DNA from: Strigamia acuminata
Lineage: Eukaryota
Direction: 5' to 3'
Assembly (NCBI GenBank): GCA_949358305.1
Contig: OX442314.1
Coordinates: 10,602,001 to 10,666,000 of the forward strand
Length of the DNA stretch: 64,000 nt
Below, piece after piece: positions 53,241-63,908 of the stretch (position 1 is its first letter; each line of letters opens with the position of its first letter). Under the pieces are notes generated by a model. It saw only the letters and a program-made list of their open reading frames with translations. It made no database searches and was not told the origin of the DNA. Both the position numbers and the translations under genes were made by a program.

Positions 53241-54898
53241 TTGTGCGATCTCGTACTGGTACAAAAGTACCGCTGAAAAAATTCAAAAAGTACCACAAAA
53301 TCTAAAATTCAGGAATGACTAGTGCAATCAAACTTGGCGAATTGGGACAAAAATTGATTAACATCGTAAATATCTTGAGAACATAAGCTCGGGTCGTCAA
53401 AAACTAAACACCAAACGAAAGAGCGGAAAAACCTGCACCAGCAACGTTAATTAAACAACACTGCCCACAACTAATGATTAATCTATATTTAATTGAATAG
53501 TGTATACGTTTTTTTGAGACACCCTATATTGTCAGGCCAGTTTTATTTGGGCCACCCGATACATCACTCATCGGTTCTCGACCAATCGACACCCTCAAAC
53601 ATACTCGCGTTATCATCTTAATATAAAAAAAAATTTTGCTCTCGTGTAATTACTTGCGACAATATCCCTTCTCCTTCAACAACCACCTGGAAGCCTGGTT
53701 TAAGCCGGATACAACCTATCACCTCACTAGACCAAAAAAATATCCACTCGCCGCTTCTCGGCCAACGGTAAGCACCGAAACAGCCAATCGCTTGACTCAA
53801 GAAGCAAATTATCCTGATAATTTTTCCGGGTCTCGAACCAACTCGTGATAACATCTTATTAAATACCTCCCACGCCAAAGAAAAAAACATCATCGATAAT
53901 TTTTCTCTATCTTGAATTAGACTCGGATCACTGGCATAGCCGGGAATGCTTTTTTGTAGACTTTGACCGATATCGATATTTTGCAGTATCGCCGATACCG
54001 ATAATCGGCAACCGAACATCGGCCGAAGCCGATACCTGCGCCAATATTAAAATTAAAATGTGAGACATAAAATGTGAGACATAAATGAATCTGGTACACT
54101 TTAGCGACCACGTTTTAGCGACGTCGTCTTAGCGAATGGCCCAAAGAAGGTGGAGAGAGGGAGGTACCCTCCTCCCCATCCTGGAGAATGTTGCAAATTT
54201 AACACAAAAAATTGCCATTTTTAATCTGATTTTTTTATTAGAGGTTTAACGCAACAGATTATAATTATATATATATTATAATCCAATTAAAAAAAAAAAG
54301 ATTATCACACAAGGCATGAGATCGTTGTCTGATCAATTTGTCACCTAAAGTCGATAATTTGGATTTTTACAAAAAAGATAGGCCAGAGTTTTTTAGGCTA
54401 AAAAGTGATTGGAAAACTATTTCTTGCCCATATCTCTGCGTAGATGCCAGATATGCAAATTCAGGCCGTGAGAATCGATTTGTTAGCTCATTTCCCATCG
54501 TTCGAGCAGCTTTTCGGCACTTTTTAATTTTTGGCCAATTCTTACTATTTATCCATAGGCGACAAAATATACCAAAATATGATTTTGGAAAACTGAAAGC
54601 AACGAACTGATCAGCAATAAAATGACCCAAATTCGTGAGATCTTAGATTATTTTCGAATTTAACCGTTGGAAGCATAAAGGTAAAATGTTCACGTTTTGG
54701 TATAAGGCGTATGGTTAAAACATATTTGCTCTCCGTAAAACCAAATTATACACAAAAAGTTTTCCAATCCATTAAGGACAATCTCATAATTAAACAAACA
54801 AACAAGCACTATTCATTAGATGTCAAATAATACGCAAATGGACAAAGTGCTCTTTTTGTTTCATTTGGTTAAGCGCAAAACAAGCATGTTTTAACCAG

Positions 54899-54985
54899 GA
54901 AATCCAGATCGAAAGGAATCCAGATCGAAAGGAATCCAGATCGAAAGGAATCCAGATCGAAAGAGATCCAGATCGAAAGAAATCC
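54899..54985. repeat. Minisatellite, 16-bp unit AATCCAGATCGAAAGG, about x5
   Basis: Direct tandem copies. Confidence 0.9.
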
Positions 54986-55182
54986 GGTCTGAAATAATCC
55001 AGTCGAAAATACCGTATTTTATCGATTAACAGCAGTGGCTCGTATTCAAAACTGCCATTTTTGCCAGCAATTACAATTTCGGTTTTTCGTTCGTAACATT
55101 TGTTTAATATTAACAAACAAAGTATGAACGTCACGAACGAAGCGTTCGTACATCGTTCGTGAGGTTAAATACGGAAACAATA

Positions 55183-55265
55183 CCGTAATTTTGCAAAAAT
55201 GCAGTATTCTTGGTGTCTCAGCCGCGGCTACAATTCAAGGGCGACTCTTAATCGGTAAAAAACGG
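55183..55265. mobile_element. 83-bp CCGT-ended mini-MITE; inverted copy at about 19142-19225, fragment at about 24990-25040
   Basis: TA-CCGT...ACGG-TA. Shared core tcttggtgtctcagccgcggctac...gggcgact. Confidence 0.75.
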
Positions 55266-57243
55266 TACTCCTGGTTGCAAGGTGTCTAGTAAATAAAATT
55301 CCACTATGTCGTCTAGAGAGGATCATTTTAACCTTTGCACATGCGCAGTTTGAATGAGTTATTATATGAAAATAATTTTATCTAGAAAAAAAATAAATAA
55401 ATAAATTATAATCTCTTGCGTGTAACCACCTAATGTTTTTTTAAAAAAAAAAAAAAAAAACAATTAAAACCTTTTCTGTGGTGTCTTTCGAGGTTGGTTC
55501 ATACAAACCTAAGTCCCCAAATCCAAGCCGTAACGATTTTTTTTTCTATTTTTTTTTTAAAAAAAAAACCATGTTGCAGTTCCCCTTTAAAAATTAAAGT
55601 GAAACAAAACATGTTCATCTGGAGCTGCACACCGTTTTTAATTTCGTCAGGTTGAAATGCAGGACAAGCGAGCGACATTCGCACGTTTCTCGCTCGCCTC
55701 ATTTCCCGTCACTGCATCGAGATTAAAACGGCGAATTTATTGAAAAGTGAGCAGACACACTTGATGCTCATATTTACACTCGCACCAGTCCATGTCACAC
55801 AGTTATTCGTTTCTTCTTCTCGGAAAATCATTTTCCATGTCACTCTAAAATCATAAAAAGAATAAAAATAAAGTTGAATATAAAGAAAACATTTTCCACG
55901 CTTTTTCCTACAGATAACGAATGAATTATCTCGCAGATAAAACTTAATGATGTGCTTTTAAAACCTACAAAGCAGCAGTTTTACTCTTTTTCTTTTTTTC
56001 TTCATATTTTCTTACCTGTTTAAAATTTCAAGCTAAAAAATTGCAAAAAAAAATGAGAAAATTATAAATGTACATTTTTTTAAAAAATATATGATGTTTT
56101 CCACAGGATTTAAAGACATTTTGAATAATTGTGAATTTAAATTTAATCATTTTTTTTTTTTTTTTTTAAATTCAAAAAAATTTGAATAACATTGGAAATT
56201 AAATAGGATTTTGTGGCTCAGAAAAATAAAAAAAATATTCAACAGATTTTGAGGTTTATGTAATAGAAATGTAAAAAAAAAATACACTCCACAATTTGTT
56301 TCTAAAATATTTAAGCCATGTTATAAATTATTTTCATTCAACAATCTATAAAAACAAGATGAAATTTTCTTAGGTCCACCTGCTATCAAATTCAAATTTA
56401 ATTACTAAAAACGAGTATTTCATCTGCAATACATCAAAAAGAGAACCAAACCATTAACCTAAACGACTTATCTTGCATTTTCTAACAGAAAAATTCATTT
56501 TCCTTTCTCTTTTTCTTAAGTGGAGAACATTTTACACAAATAACAGCGCTCAAACGAAAACTGGCAATTACTTATAGTGTTTTTTATATGTAAATTTCAA
56601 GCCTAGATTCAGATTGTTATAAAAATTTAACCGTTCTGCCTGTTTATGATGAAATAAGCACAAAACTTGACTTAGAGCGAGACACTAGGCATCCATTTTG
56701 ACTGAGCCAGTGATTATAACCGTTAAAACTTTGGGGGCTGTAAAATCGAGTTTTACATAATTTTACCATCGTATTTTAAATTACACTTCTAAATGTGTAA
56801 TTACTAGCGAGTAAATGCATTTCGTAGCCACTAAATCATTTTTAAAACGCAGCCACTGTGTTTTACATGCCAGAAACCACTAAAATTCGGCCACGCCAAA
56901 TTGAACACATGAAAAATCGCATCTGCCATCGCTAACACAAGGATTTTTCAATGATGTCATACAAAACCCCGCAAAAAACGTCACCAATTGTCTAAATTTT
57001 CATTAAAAACCGATTGTTCCGTACATCACACGCCGACCGGTCATTACAAAAAATACACCCGTCTAAACAAAGAAAATTCAAATATTCAAAAACGAAAATT
57101 AACGAATCAAAACCGATCTAATTTCTGTGAAATCTGCTGAAACAATAACCGAACCGGTTCGGTTTTTCCCATTGAAACAGTAACGTGATGAACAAGCGGT
57201 TTGCAACCGGTCGCTTTCGCTCCTTGTCTTGTCTATCTCTTAC

Positions 57244-57301
57244 CTTTACAGCAGGGCGCCAACCGCAGCGCGGAGAAGTGCGTAGAAATGTTGCTGCCCA
57301 T
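57244..57301 (-). CDS. First coding exon of a putative PH-domain protein (MGSNISTHFSALRLAPCCK; MGxxxS myristoylation motif plus CC)
   Basis: gaaacATGG start and strong donor AAAG|GTAAGA. 58 nt (phase 1). Lies in a CpG-rich block downstream of a TATA-like/Inr-like pair. Confidence 0.7.
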
Positions 57302-57439
57302 GTTTCGGCGATCAGTTCAATAAAATGTCATAATGACAACTTTTCAAACAAAAAAAGATACCCGAACGCTCGTCTAAGCACTTCGAGCCCCTCGTCTCTT
57401 CAGCATCCCTTCACTCCTCGCCGCTCGCACTCACCGTCT

Positions 57440-57505
57440 AAAACTCAATGCCAAGTCGTCGTTGCGAGAGGGCGCTATATGCGCGCGCATCTCCCACGTG
57501 GGATA
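57440..57505 (-). promoter_or_regulatory. Core promoter candidate of the PH-domain gene
   Basis: CATATAG (57481-57475) lies 30 nt upstream of Inr-like GCATT/TGAGTT (57451-57442). Adjacent (GC)n run and palindromic E-box TCCCACGTGGGA. Confidence 0.5.
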
Positions 57506-58648
57506 GAGGGAGACGAGAACACAGTTGATTCAACACTAGCCAACACCTGATGCCATTAATATTAACAAATATATAAATAAATAAATAAATATAAATTATT
57601 CGTATAAAAAAACACTTTTTCACATCTTTCCACACTTCCTTTACCACTTTATCAATAAAAATATTTAAAAAATAACAGATTATCAACAAAAAACGATTTC
57701 CTTAGCAACCGAACAACACTTGGGCATAGCAACGTAAACACCCGGCTGCGAAACCGAAACTTCTGTCACCTAAATATCGAAATCGGATAAATCGATCGCG
57801 ATTTTAATATTAAAAAATGGAAATATCCTTTTCATAGTTTGAGTTTAGTGATATAAAAAATACGGGATGGTTATTTTTTATGGTCTCGGGTGTAAATTTC
57901 GAGTAAACAAACCAAATGGTTGGTTTTATGGGTTATACACGTGGGACCGCAGTGCGCTGCAGGGAAGTTGGCAAAAATGTTTGCCCAATAGACATGTCTC
58001 GTTACGGTACTTACTGCTCAATCGCACGGTGTCTGTGTCTTCGTTATTGCAGAGCATTGCGCAGCTGGCAAAATACCAATGGTGTGGCGGTGACTCGGTG
58101 AGGGATAACGCCGGTTCGTCGGTATTTACGAACGAGACGAGGTCGTATGAGTCGGAATAGGACTGTGGAGGTAATCCGCGAACCCGACGAAGTCGTAATT
58201 TGTCTCCTTTTGTCGTAGACCGAAGACGTGGGTTCGTTTCGCGTTTAGCGATGGCCGATTAAATCGAATTTGACGTAAGGCGGCACCGGTGTCGCCATCT
58301 GTCGGCGGTGTTTTCAAACACAAATTTTATTTATTTAGTGATGTTTATTTATTTTTATTTATTTATTGGCTGTAAATTTCAGCTTTATTTTATTTATTTT
58401 GTTGTAAAATGGTAATAAAGTCGAATAAAAACGCTTATTGCAAATTTTATTTACAATTTTATTACCTAAATCAATATTTGCAACAATCGCGACGCCATTT
58501 TGCTCGTAAAATGGCGGAATAAATGAATACAACTATTTAAATATTTCGTGTTTTACTTCAAATAATTATTTTTATAAATACAACAATAATAGTAAAATAA
58601 TTATAATTAATATAATAACAGTACTATTCACTTTGGCTACAATAATAA

Positions 58649-58679
<31 letters not shown>

Positions 58680-59112
58680 AGTAATAATAATAGGTTGTTG
58701 AGGTTGGACCGGAAAAAGATGATAATAAAAGTCATTGCACTTTTAAAAATCCAAAATGGATTCCCAAACACGTGACATGACAACAAAGGAATGTTGGCTC
58801 CTCACATTGCTTAAAAAAACGTTTGTTGCGCACCAACAAACAATTCTTCGATGATTTAACAGGAAAAAGAAAAAGAAAAACAATAACTAAGGCACACACG
58901 CCATTACCATTAAGCACATTGGTTGCTCTTATTCCATATTTGCATACAAACAAATTTCAAATATTGTATGAAAATAGAGTACAGCGACATCTTAAGTGAG
59001 TGACACAAACTTCAGCAATAAAAAGTCTTTTATTTGAATATTATTTATTTATTTTTGTTAATTTTTGTTTATTTATTTACCGTAATATTTTTTTGTTTGT
59101 TTTGGAATTTAT

Positions 59113-59489
59113 TTAATCGACTAAGTCTCGTTTGGAGGGCGGGATCAAATGTGGAGGTAAATCTGTGGGTAGATCGTGGCCGTCTAATTTGATGGCGATC
59201 AAATGCATGGCCAAAGCGAATTCGTCCGAGTCGAGCATTCCATCCTTGTCAACATCTGCGAGTTTCCAGATTTTGCCGAGAACAGAATTCGGCAGTTTCG
59301 ATTTGACCATTTCGGCTTTGGCGCTCGCTCCCGTGATTTTTCCGTTGATTGGATTAAGGGCGTCGAAGGCTTCGTCGAATTTGTATCTGTCTCGGCCGAC
59401 TATCCAGTCGGGTTCGCCGGCGCCTGCGTCGATTCCTTCGCCGCAGCCTAGAGAGAATGGGGTTCGGTTGGTGTCGTCGAATGCACCGC
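59113..59489 (-). CDS. EHD1: EHD coding exon 4 (GGAFD linker and C-terminal EH domain)
   Basis: Acceptor tttcccattgtag|GCGGTG is phase-compatible with exon 3. Contains SKLPNSVLGKIWKLAD, EF-hand DVDKDGMLDSDEF and LPPHLIPPSKR, then TAA. Total CDS 915+165+154+377 = 1611 nt (536 aa). Confidence 0.97.
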
Positions 59490-59573
59490 CTACAATGGGA
59501 AAATGGATCAAATTAATAAAATTATTCATGAAATAATATCTGGAAACACCTAAAACGAGAAATAAAACTGAGA

Positions 59574-60150
59574 AAATTGTCTATAAATTGTATAAAATAA
59601 GAAATAACTTAAGAAATTGTCTATAAATTGTATAAAATAAGAAATAACTTAAGAAATTGTCTATAAATTGTATAAAATAAGAAATAACTTAAGAAATTGT
59701 CTATAAATTGTATAAAATAAGAAATAACTTAAAAAATTGTCTATAAATTGCACAAAATAAGAAATAACTTAAAAAATTGCCTAAAATAAAGAGTAAAACT
59801 GAAAAACGTCTAAAAAGATCTAAAAATTGTATAAAATAAAAAGAAAAACTAAAATAATGTCTAAAATGTAAAGTAAAACTAAATTAATGTCTAAAATGTA
59901 AAGTAAAACTAAAATAATGTCTAAAATGTAAAGTAAAACTAAAATAATGTCTAAAATGTAAAGTAAAACTAAAATAATGTCTAAAATTGTATAAAATGAA
60001 AAGTAAAACTGAAAAAATGTCTAAAAATGTCTAAAAATTGTATAAAATAAAAAATTAAACTGAAAATGTATAGAAGAATCTAAAAAATGTATAGAAGAAT
60101 CTAAAAATTGCATAAAACGAAAAATAAAACGGAAAAATGTCTCAAAATTC
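59574..60150. repeat. Compound minisatellite in EHD intron 3 (40-bp unit about x5, then 30-bp unit about x4)
   Basis: Units ctataaattgtataaaataagaaataacttaagaaattgt and aaaataatgtctaaaatgtaaagtaaaact. Confidence 0.9.
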
Positions 60151-60476
60151 TATTAAATCATAAATAAAACTTCAAAAATGGTCTAAAAATGCAAATAAAA
60201 GCATAAAAAGTGTCTGAAACAATATTCAACAAGCGACATTAGACCGTCTCACTGCCTCTTTTAGACATAGCTGTAAAATCAAGCTCAAACTTATCAAAAA
60301 AAATATATATTTTGGATAAAAAAATATATTTTTTAACACAAAGTTCAATTTTCAGACAACAATCTAACTCCTACATCAATACATTTTAATCTAAATCACA
60401 AAACCTTTAAACCCAAAAAATAAATTCTTCAAATCTCAACTCGAATAAAAAAACAACAACATTGTTTTCTTATTAC

Positions 60477-60630
60477 CTCGTAGAACTTGTTCATTCGTGA
60501 TCATTTGCTCCTCTTGCGGAATCATAGACATAAGTCGAGAAATATCATCAGCCAACATCTTATCAATATTGTCCAATAAACGTTGCTTAAGTGGGTGGAA
60601 TTTCGTAAAGTCATGATGTATTAATGATTC
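60477..60630 (-). CDS. EHD1: EHD coding exon 3
   Basis: Follows a 65-nt intron. Acceptor tttcatttctag|GAATCA, donor CGAG|GTAATA. 154 nt. ESLIHHDFTKFHPLKQRLLDNIDKMLADDISRLMSMIPQEE... Not in the ORF track. Confidence 0.96.
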
Positions 60631-60695
60631 CTAGAAATGAAAAAATAGATTTAATTTCACTAAATTGATCGAAATTGCGAAATAAAAAACACAAC

Positions 60696-60860
60696 CTGCA
60701 TCCGTTTCATGTCAGGGAAGTCGCCAGGGGAAATCGAATGCTCACGTTGAAGCGAGGTGTAAATATCACCCAATTTGTTGATTAATTCCTTCTTTTTACT
60801 ATCTTTTCCGAACATAGACGGCATTTCTTTCCGTAACGCATTCATTATGTACGCGTGAAC
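60696..60860 (-). CDS. EHD1: EHD coding exon 2 (helical domain)
   Basis: Acceptor tcttttttag|GTTCAC, donor CAG|GTTGTG. 165 nt, phase 0-0. VHAYIMNALRKEMPSMFGKDSKKKELI...SPGDFPDMKRMQ continues the EHD sequence. Confidence 0.97.
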
Positions 60861-61789
60861 CTAAAAAAGATTGAAAAAAATTAAAAATAAAAACATGGAA
60901 ACTCAATTGCGACTTTGGGTTAAATTAAATTCCAGTTCAACAACACATTCATTCATAAAAAAAAAATAATTTTTAAGTGGGTTCAGTGACCAAAACCCCT
61001 TCGCGTAAACGAATTTATTTTTTCCAATGGGCGCCAGCCGCCATTACATAAACGGAAAAAAATCAAAAGAAATTGAGATTGAGTCATTTATCTGCGCTTG
61101 TCCACACAATCAGATACAGAGAACTAAATATTAATCGTTTGGGCAGCAGCCAGAAAAAAAATCAAGGTTTAAAGTATCACAAAAAAAATAAATAAATAAA
61201 AATTAGCTGGAACCCAATGACTCAGCGATTCATTTCACAAATGATGTCAATAAATATCGTTATTGTTTAATCTAAACGATATTTCGTTACGTCATTCGTA
61301 AATATTTATCATCGAGTTATAAATTTCGGAACAAGGTCGCCATTAAAAAGAAATTACAAAACAAATGCCATTATGTGAACTATAAAAATAGATAAATGAC
61401 CTACATCACATGACTAATGACTCAACCACCGTGCAAATGCAATTTACAAGATTTCACACCTGTTTTAATACTAAAATGGGTCAACCTTCTAACTCGTGCG
61501 TCTATTTATCAAAAACCATTCAATCGATTAAAAACTAGAAATGTTCAACACAAAAATCTGATAATAAATAGATAACCATTGTTCTACCAGATACAAAACG
61601 TCAAAGATATTATCACAACACAATTAAAACAGCATCAAATTAAATTAAACACGAAGTTCCTCTTAAGTAATACGGTAAAACTCCGAATTGTGGTCTGGCC
61701 CGTGAAGTGGCCAGTGCCAAATTAAGAACTGGGGGTCAGAAAAATCGGTAACTTTTATGACAATTCACCTATTTAGTTCTAAAATTCAT

Positions 61790-61980
61790 CCATTTTGTTG
61801 GAAAAATCAACTATTTTGTTGTAAACACTGATTTTTTGGTAAAAATAACGGATTTTGTAGCAAAAATCACCGATTTTGTGGTAAAAATCACCGATTTTGT
61901 GATAAAAATCACCGATTTTGTTGTAAAAATCACCGATTTTGTGGTAGGAATCACCGATTTTGTAGTAAAAATCACCGATT
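61790..61980. repeat. Minisatellite in EHD intron 1, 21-bp unit AAAAATCACCGATTTTGTGGT
   Basis: About 9 tandem copies. Confidence 0.9.
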
Positions 61981-62063
61981 AAACGTCCGGATATTTATTC
62001 GGAGCTTTACCGCAGCTTTTCTTCCTGAAACCTCAAAAAAAACCAAAAAAAACTAGCTCTCAC

Positions 62064-62978
62064 CTTCGCCAATCTCGCTCTTTTAATCAAATCATTTAAT
62101 TTCCTGAGCGCAGCATTCCGCGGCAACGACTGAATATCATTAAACAAATCCATCTCTTCCGCCTCGAACAATTTCCTATTCATATCGTGGCACAACGGCT
62201 GGTCCCAGAACGACCCGATATAAACCCTCGCCACTTCAGGCGTGTTCAAAACCTTCCCCAGCGACCACATAAGCGCTCCGTAGACCCTCATGAGCTGCTG
62301 ATGATCAATCATATCCGCCTTGTTCAAAATAATGCGAATCTTGTCGTCGTGGCCGCGCAGCGCTTCGATACTCCGCCGAAACTCGTCCGAAATGTCCAAC
62401 TTGTGCGCATCGAACAGTAAAATAATACGATCGACCCTCTCGGCGAACCACTCGAGGACCCCGGTGAAGTCGTAACCTCTGTCCACCCGCTGTTTCTCCC
62501 CGGAAAGGATCCCGGGCGTGTCGACGATCGTGATGCTCTGCAGGACGGGCGAGTTGACCGTCGAGCATTGGAATCGGTTGAGGAAAGCGTTGCCGAACTT
62601 GGCTAGCGGTCGGAATTGACGTTTGGGGTCCACGACGAGCGCGTTGCCCGGAATGACGCCTTCTTGCTCGCCGCCCATGACCGTGATGAAGCGATCGGTC
62701 GTCGGTTCGGGCCCGATTCGGATGCCGGGGAATTCGCGCTCGAGAAGGTAGCGGATGAAGGTCGTTTTGCCGGTGGAGTACTGGCCGACGAGGAGGATCA
62801 TGGGCTTGGCGTCGAAGTCGGGGTCGTCGAGTTGGGGCGAGTGGAATTCGTGGAAGTTGTGGTACTCTTCGAGGGGAAGGAGTTTGGATTTGTACACCTT
62901 TTTCAGACCTTCTGCCACGTTGGCGTACACTTCGGGGGTCTTCTTGCGACTTTCGTCTTTGTTCAGCCAGCTAAACAT
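62064..62978 (-). CDS. EHD1: EH domain-containing protein (EHD1/Past1/RME-1 family), coding exon 1 of 4 (dynamin-like ATPase domain)
   Basis: ATG in ACCACCATG context. Translation MFSWL... has P-loop [19 protein letters not shown] and NKAD motifs. Exon ends RARLAK at AAG|GTGAGA (915 nt, phase 0). The ORF-track tail VRASFF... is intron read-through. Invertebrate EHD is co-orthologous to vertebrate EHD1-4. Confidence 0.98.
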
Positions 62979-63655
62979 GGTGGTGGTTCTGTCCGGGGTT
63001 TTCTCGTGCTAGATTTGGGTGAGTTTTTCGCGTTATTTTGCTGGTTTTTAAAGGAATAGTTGGATACAACTCACGATATAACTTCGGTAGGTGGAGAGAG
63101 ATTATTTCATGACGTTGTTGTAGGATGCGGAGGGGGCGCTCTGGTGGGAGATTTTGGAGGTGGAGAAATGTTGGATCGAAATTTGATAAAACATGTAAAT
63201 TTGTTGGGAAAATAAACTAAAATAATTTATTTTGAAACTGTAGAATTATTTTAAAAAAATTTATTAATTAAGAAACGACGATTTTTTGGAAAAATTTGTT
63301 ATTTTTTTAAATTATTTTTAAAAATTTTTAAAAGATTTTTGTATTATAAAACGTTAAATATACGGTGTACTTTTTTTTTCATTCGTTTTTTTTTCCTCGT
63401 TTTAAGCGAGTTTGACTTTTAAAAGTATAAATTGTTCATTCATTTCGTTTTATTTCGTAAAAATTTGATAATTTTCTCGCTAGAAGTCAGGAGTGGTCCC
63501 ACCCTCGAATTTAATCTGGGCAGAGTGATGTCATATGTTTTGGTTATTGGTTGGTGCTTGTTGTCCTTTCCACGAAAAACCAAGCTTTAATTCGTCATCA
63601 AACGTCCATATCTCTCTACCAAACACCCCTCGGTCGCCATTCCGAACACCAAACA
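62979..63655. promoter_or_regulatory. Bidirectional promoter and 5'-UTR region shared by EHD (-) and YPEL5 (+)
   Basis: Divergent start codons are 931 nt apart. GC-richer patches flank an AT-rich core. Exact start sites cannot be determined. Confidence 0.65.
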
Positions 63656-63840
63656 GTGAGTAATCCTCAAAAACCCCAATAAACAACGCCGTATCCAAAA
63701 AACAAACAAATCCCCGACCGATCAGCTGTGCTAATCTAGGTTATCTCTCATTTCCTTTGTCACCGAGTCACAAAACTCCATTTTGTGTCTCTGTCACGCC
63801 GAATTTTAACCTAACTAATCAATTTTTACTCCCAAAACAG
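63656..63840 (+). other. YPEL5: Probable 5'-UTR intron of YPEL5
   Basis: Donor ACA|GTGAGT at 63656. Branch-like ctaactaat plus pyrimidine tract and aaacag acceptor at 63840, 68 nt before the ATG. Confidence 0.75.
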
Positions 63841-63908
63841 GTCTATCGGTGCGAAAAATCGAATTCGAGCGAAAAAAGACGGGAAGAAAGACTGAAAAAC
63901 GAGGCAAA

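Larger units (their letters stand above)
5563..57243 (-). other. Inferred 51.7-kb intron of the PH-domain gene
   Basis: GT...AG boundaries and matching phase of the flanking exons. No recognisable host-gene coding sequence inside. The plus strand is visibly A/C-rich, consistent with minus-strand transcription. Confidence 0.6.

Noticed and set aside
53752..53763. U2 snRNA 5' match CGCTTCTCGGCC
   Set aside because: Only 12 nt, inside an interspersed repeat also present at about 15490-15615.
58053..58082. U4 snRNA-like start AGCATTGCGCAGCTGGCA
   Set aside because: Similarity ends after about 20-30 nt. No U4 stem I region or Sm site follows.
57916..58218. Selenoprotein-style TGA read-through of the 61-aa ORF
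   Set aside because: No redox motif around the TGA, no resemblance to known selenoproteins and no SECIS recognised.
7180..61980. CRISPR-like arrays
   Set aside because: All arrays are head-to-tail repeats without unique spacers. No cas genes, and the context is eukaryotic.
59132..63059. Plus-strand and off-frame ORFs overlapping EHD exons
   Set aside because: Shadows of GC-rich EHD coding sequence.
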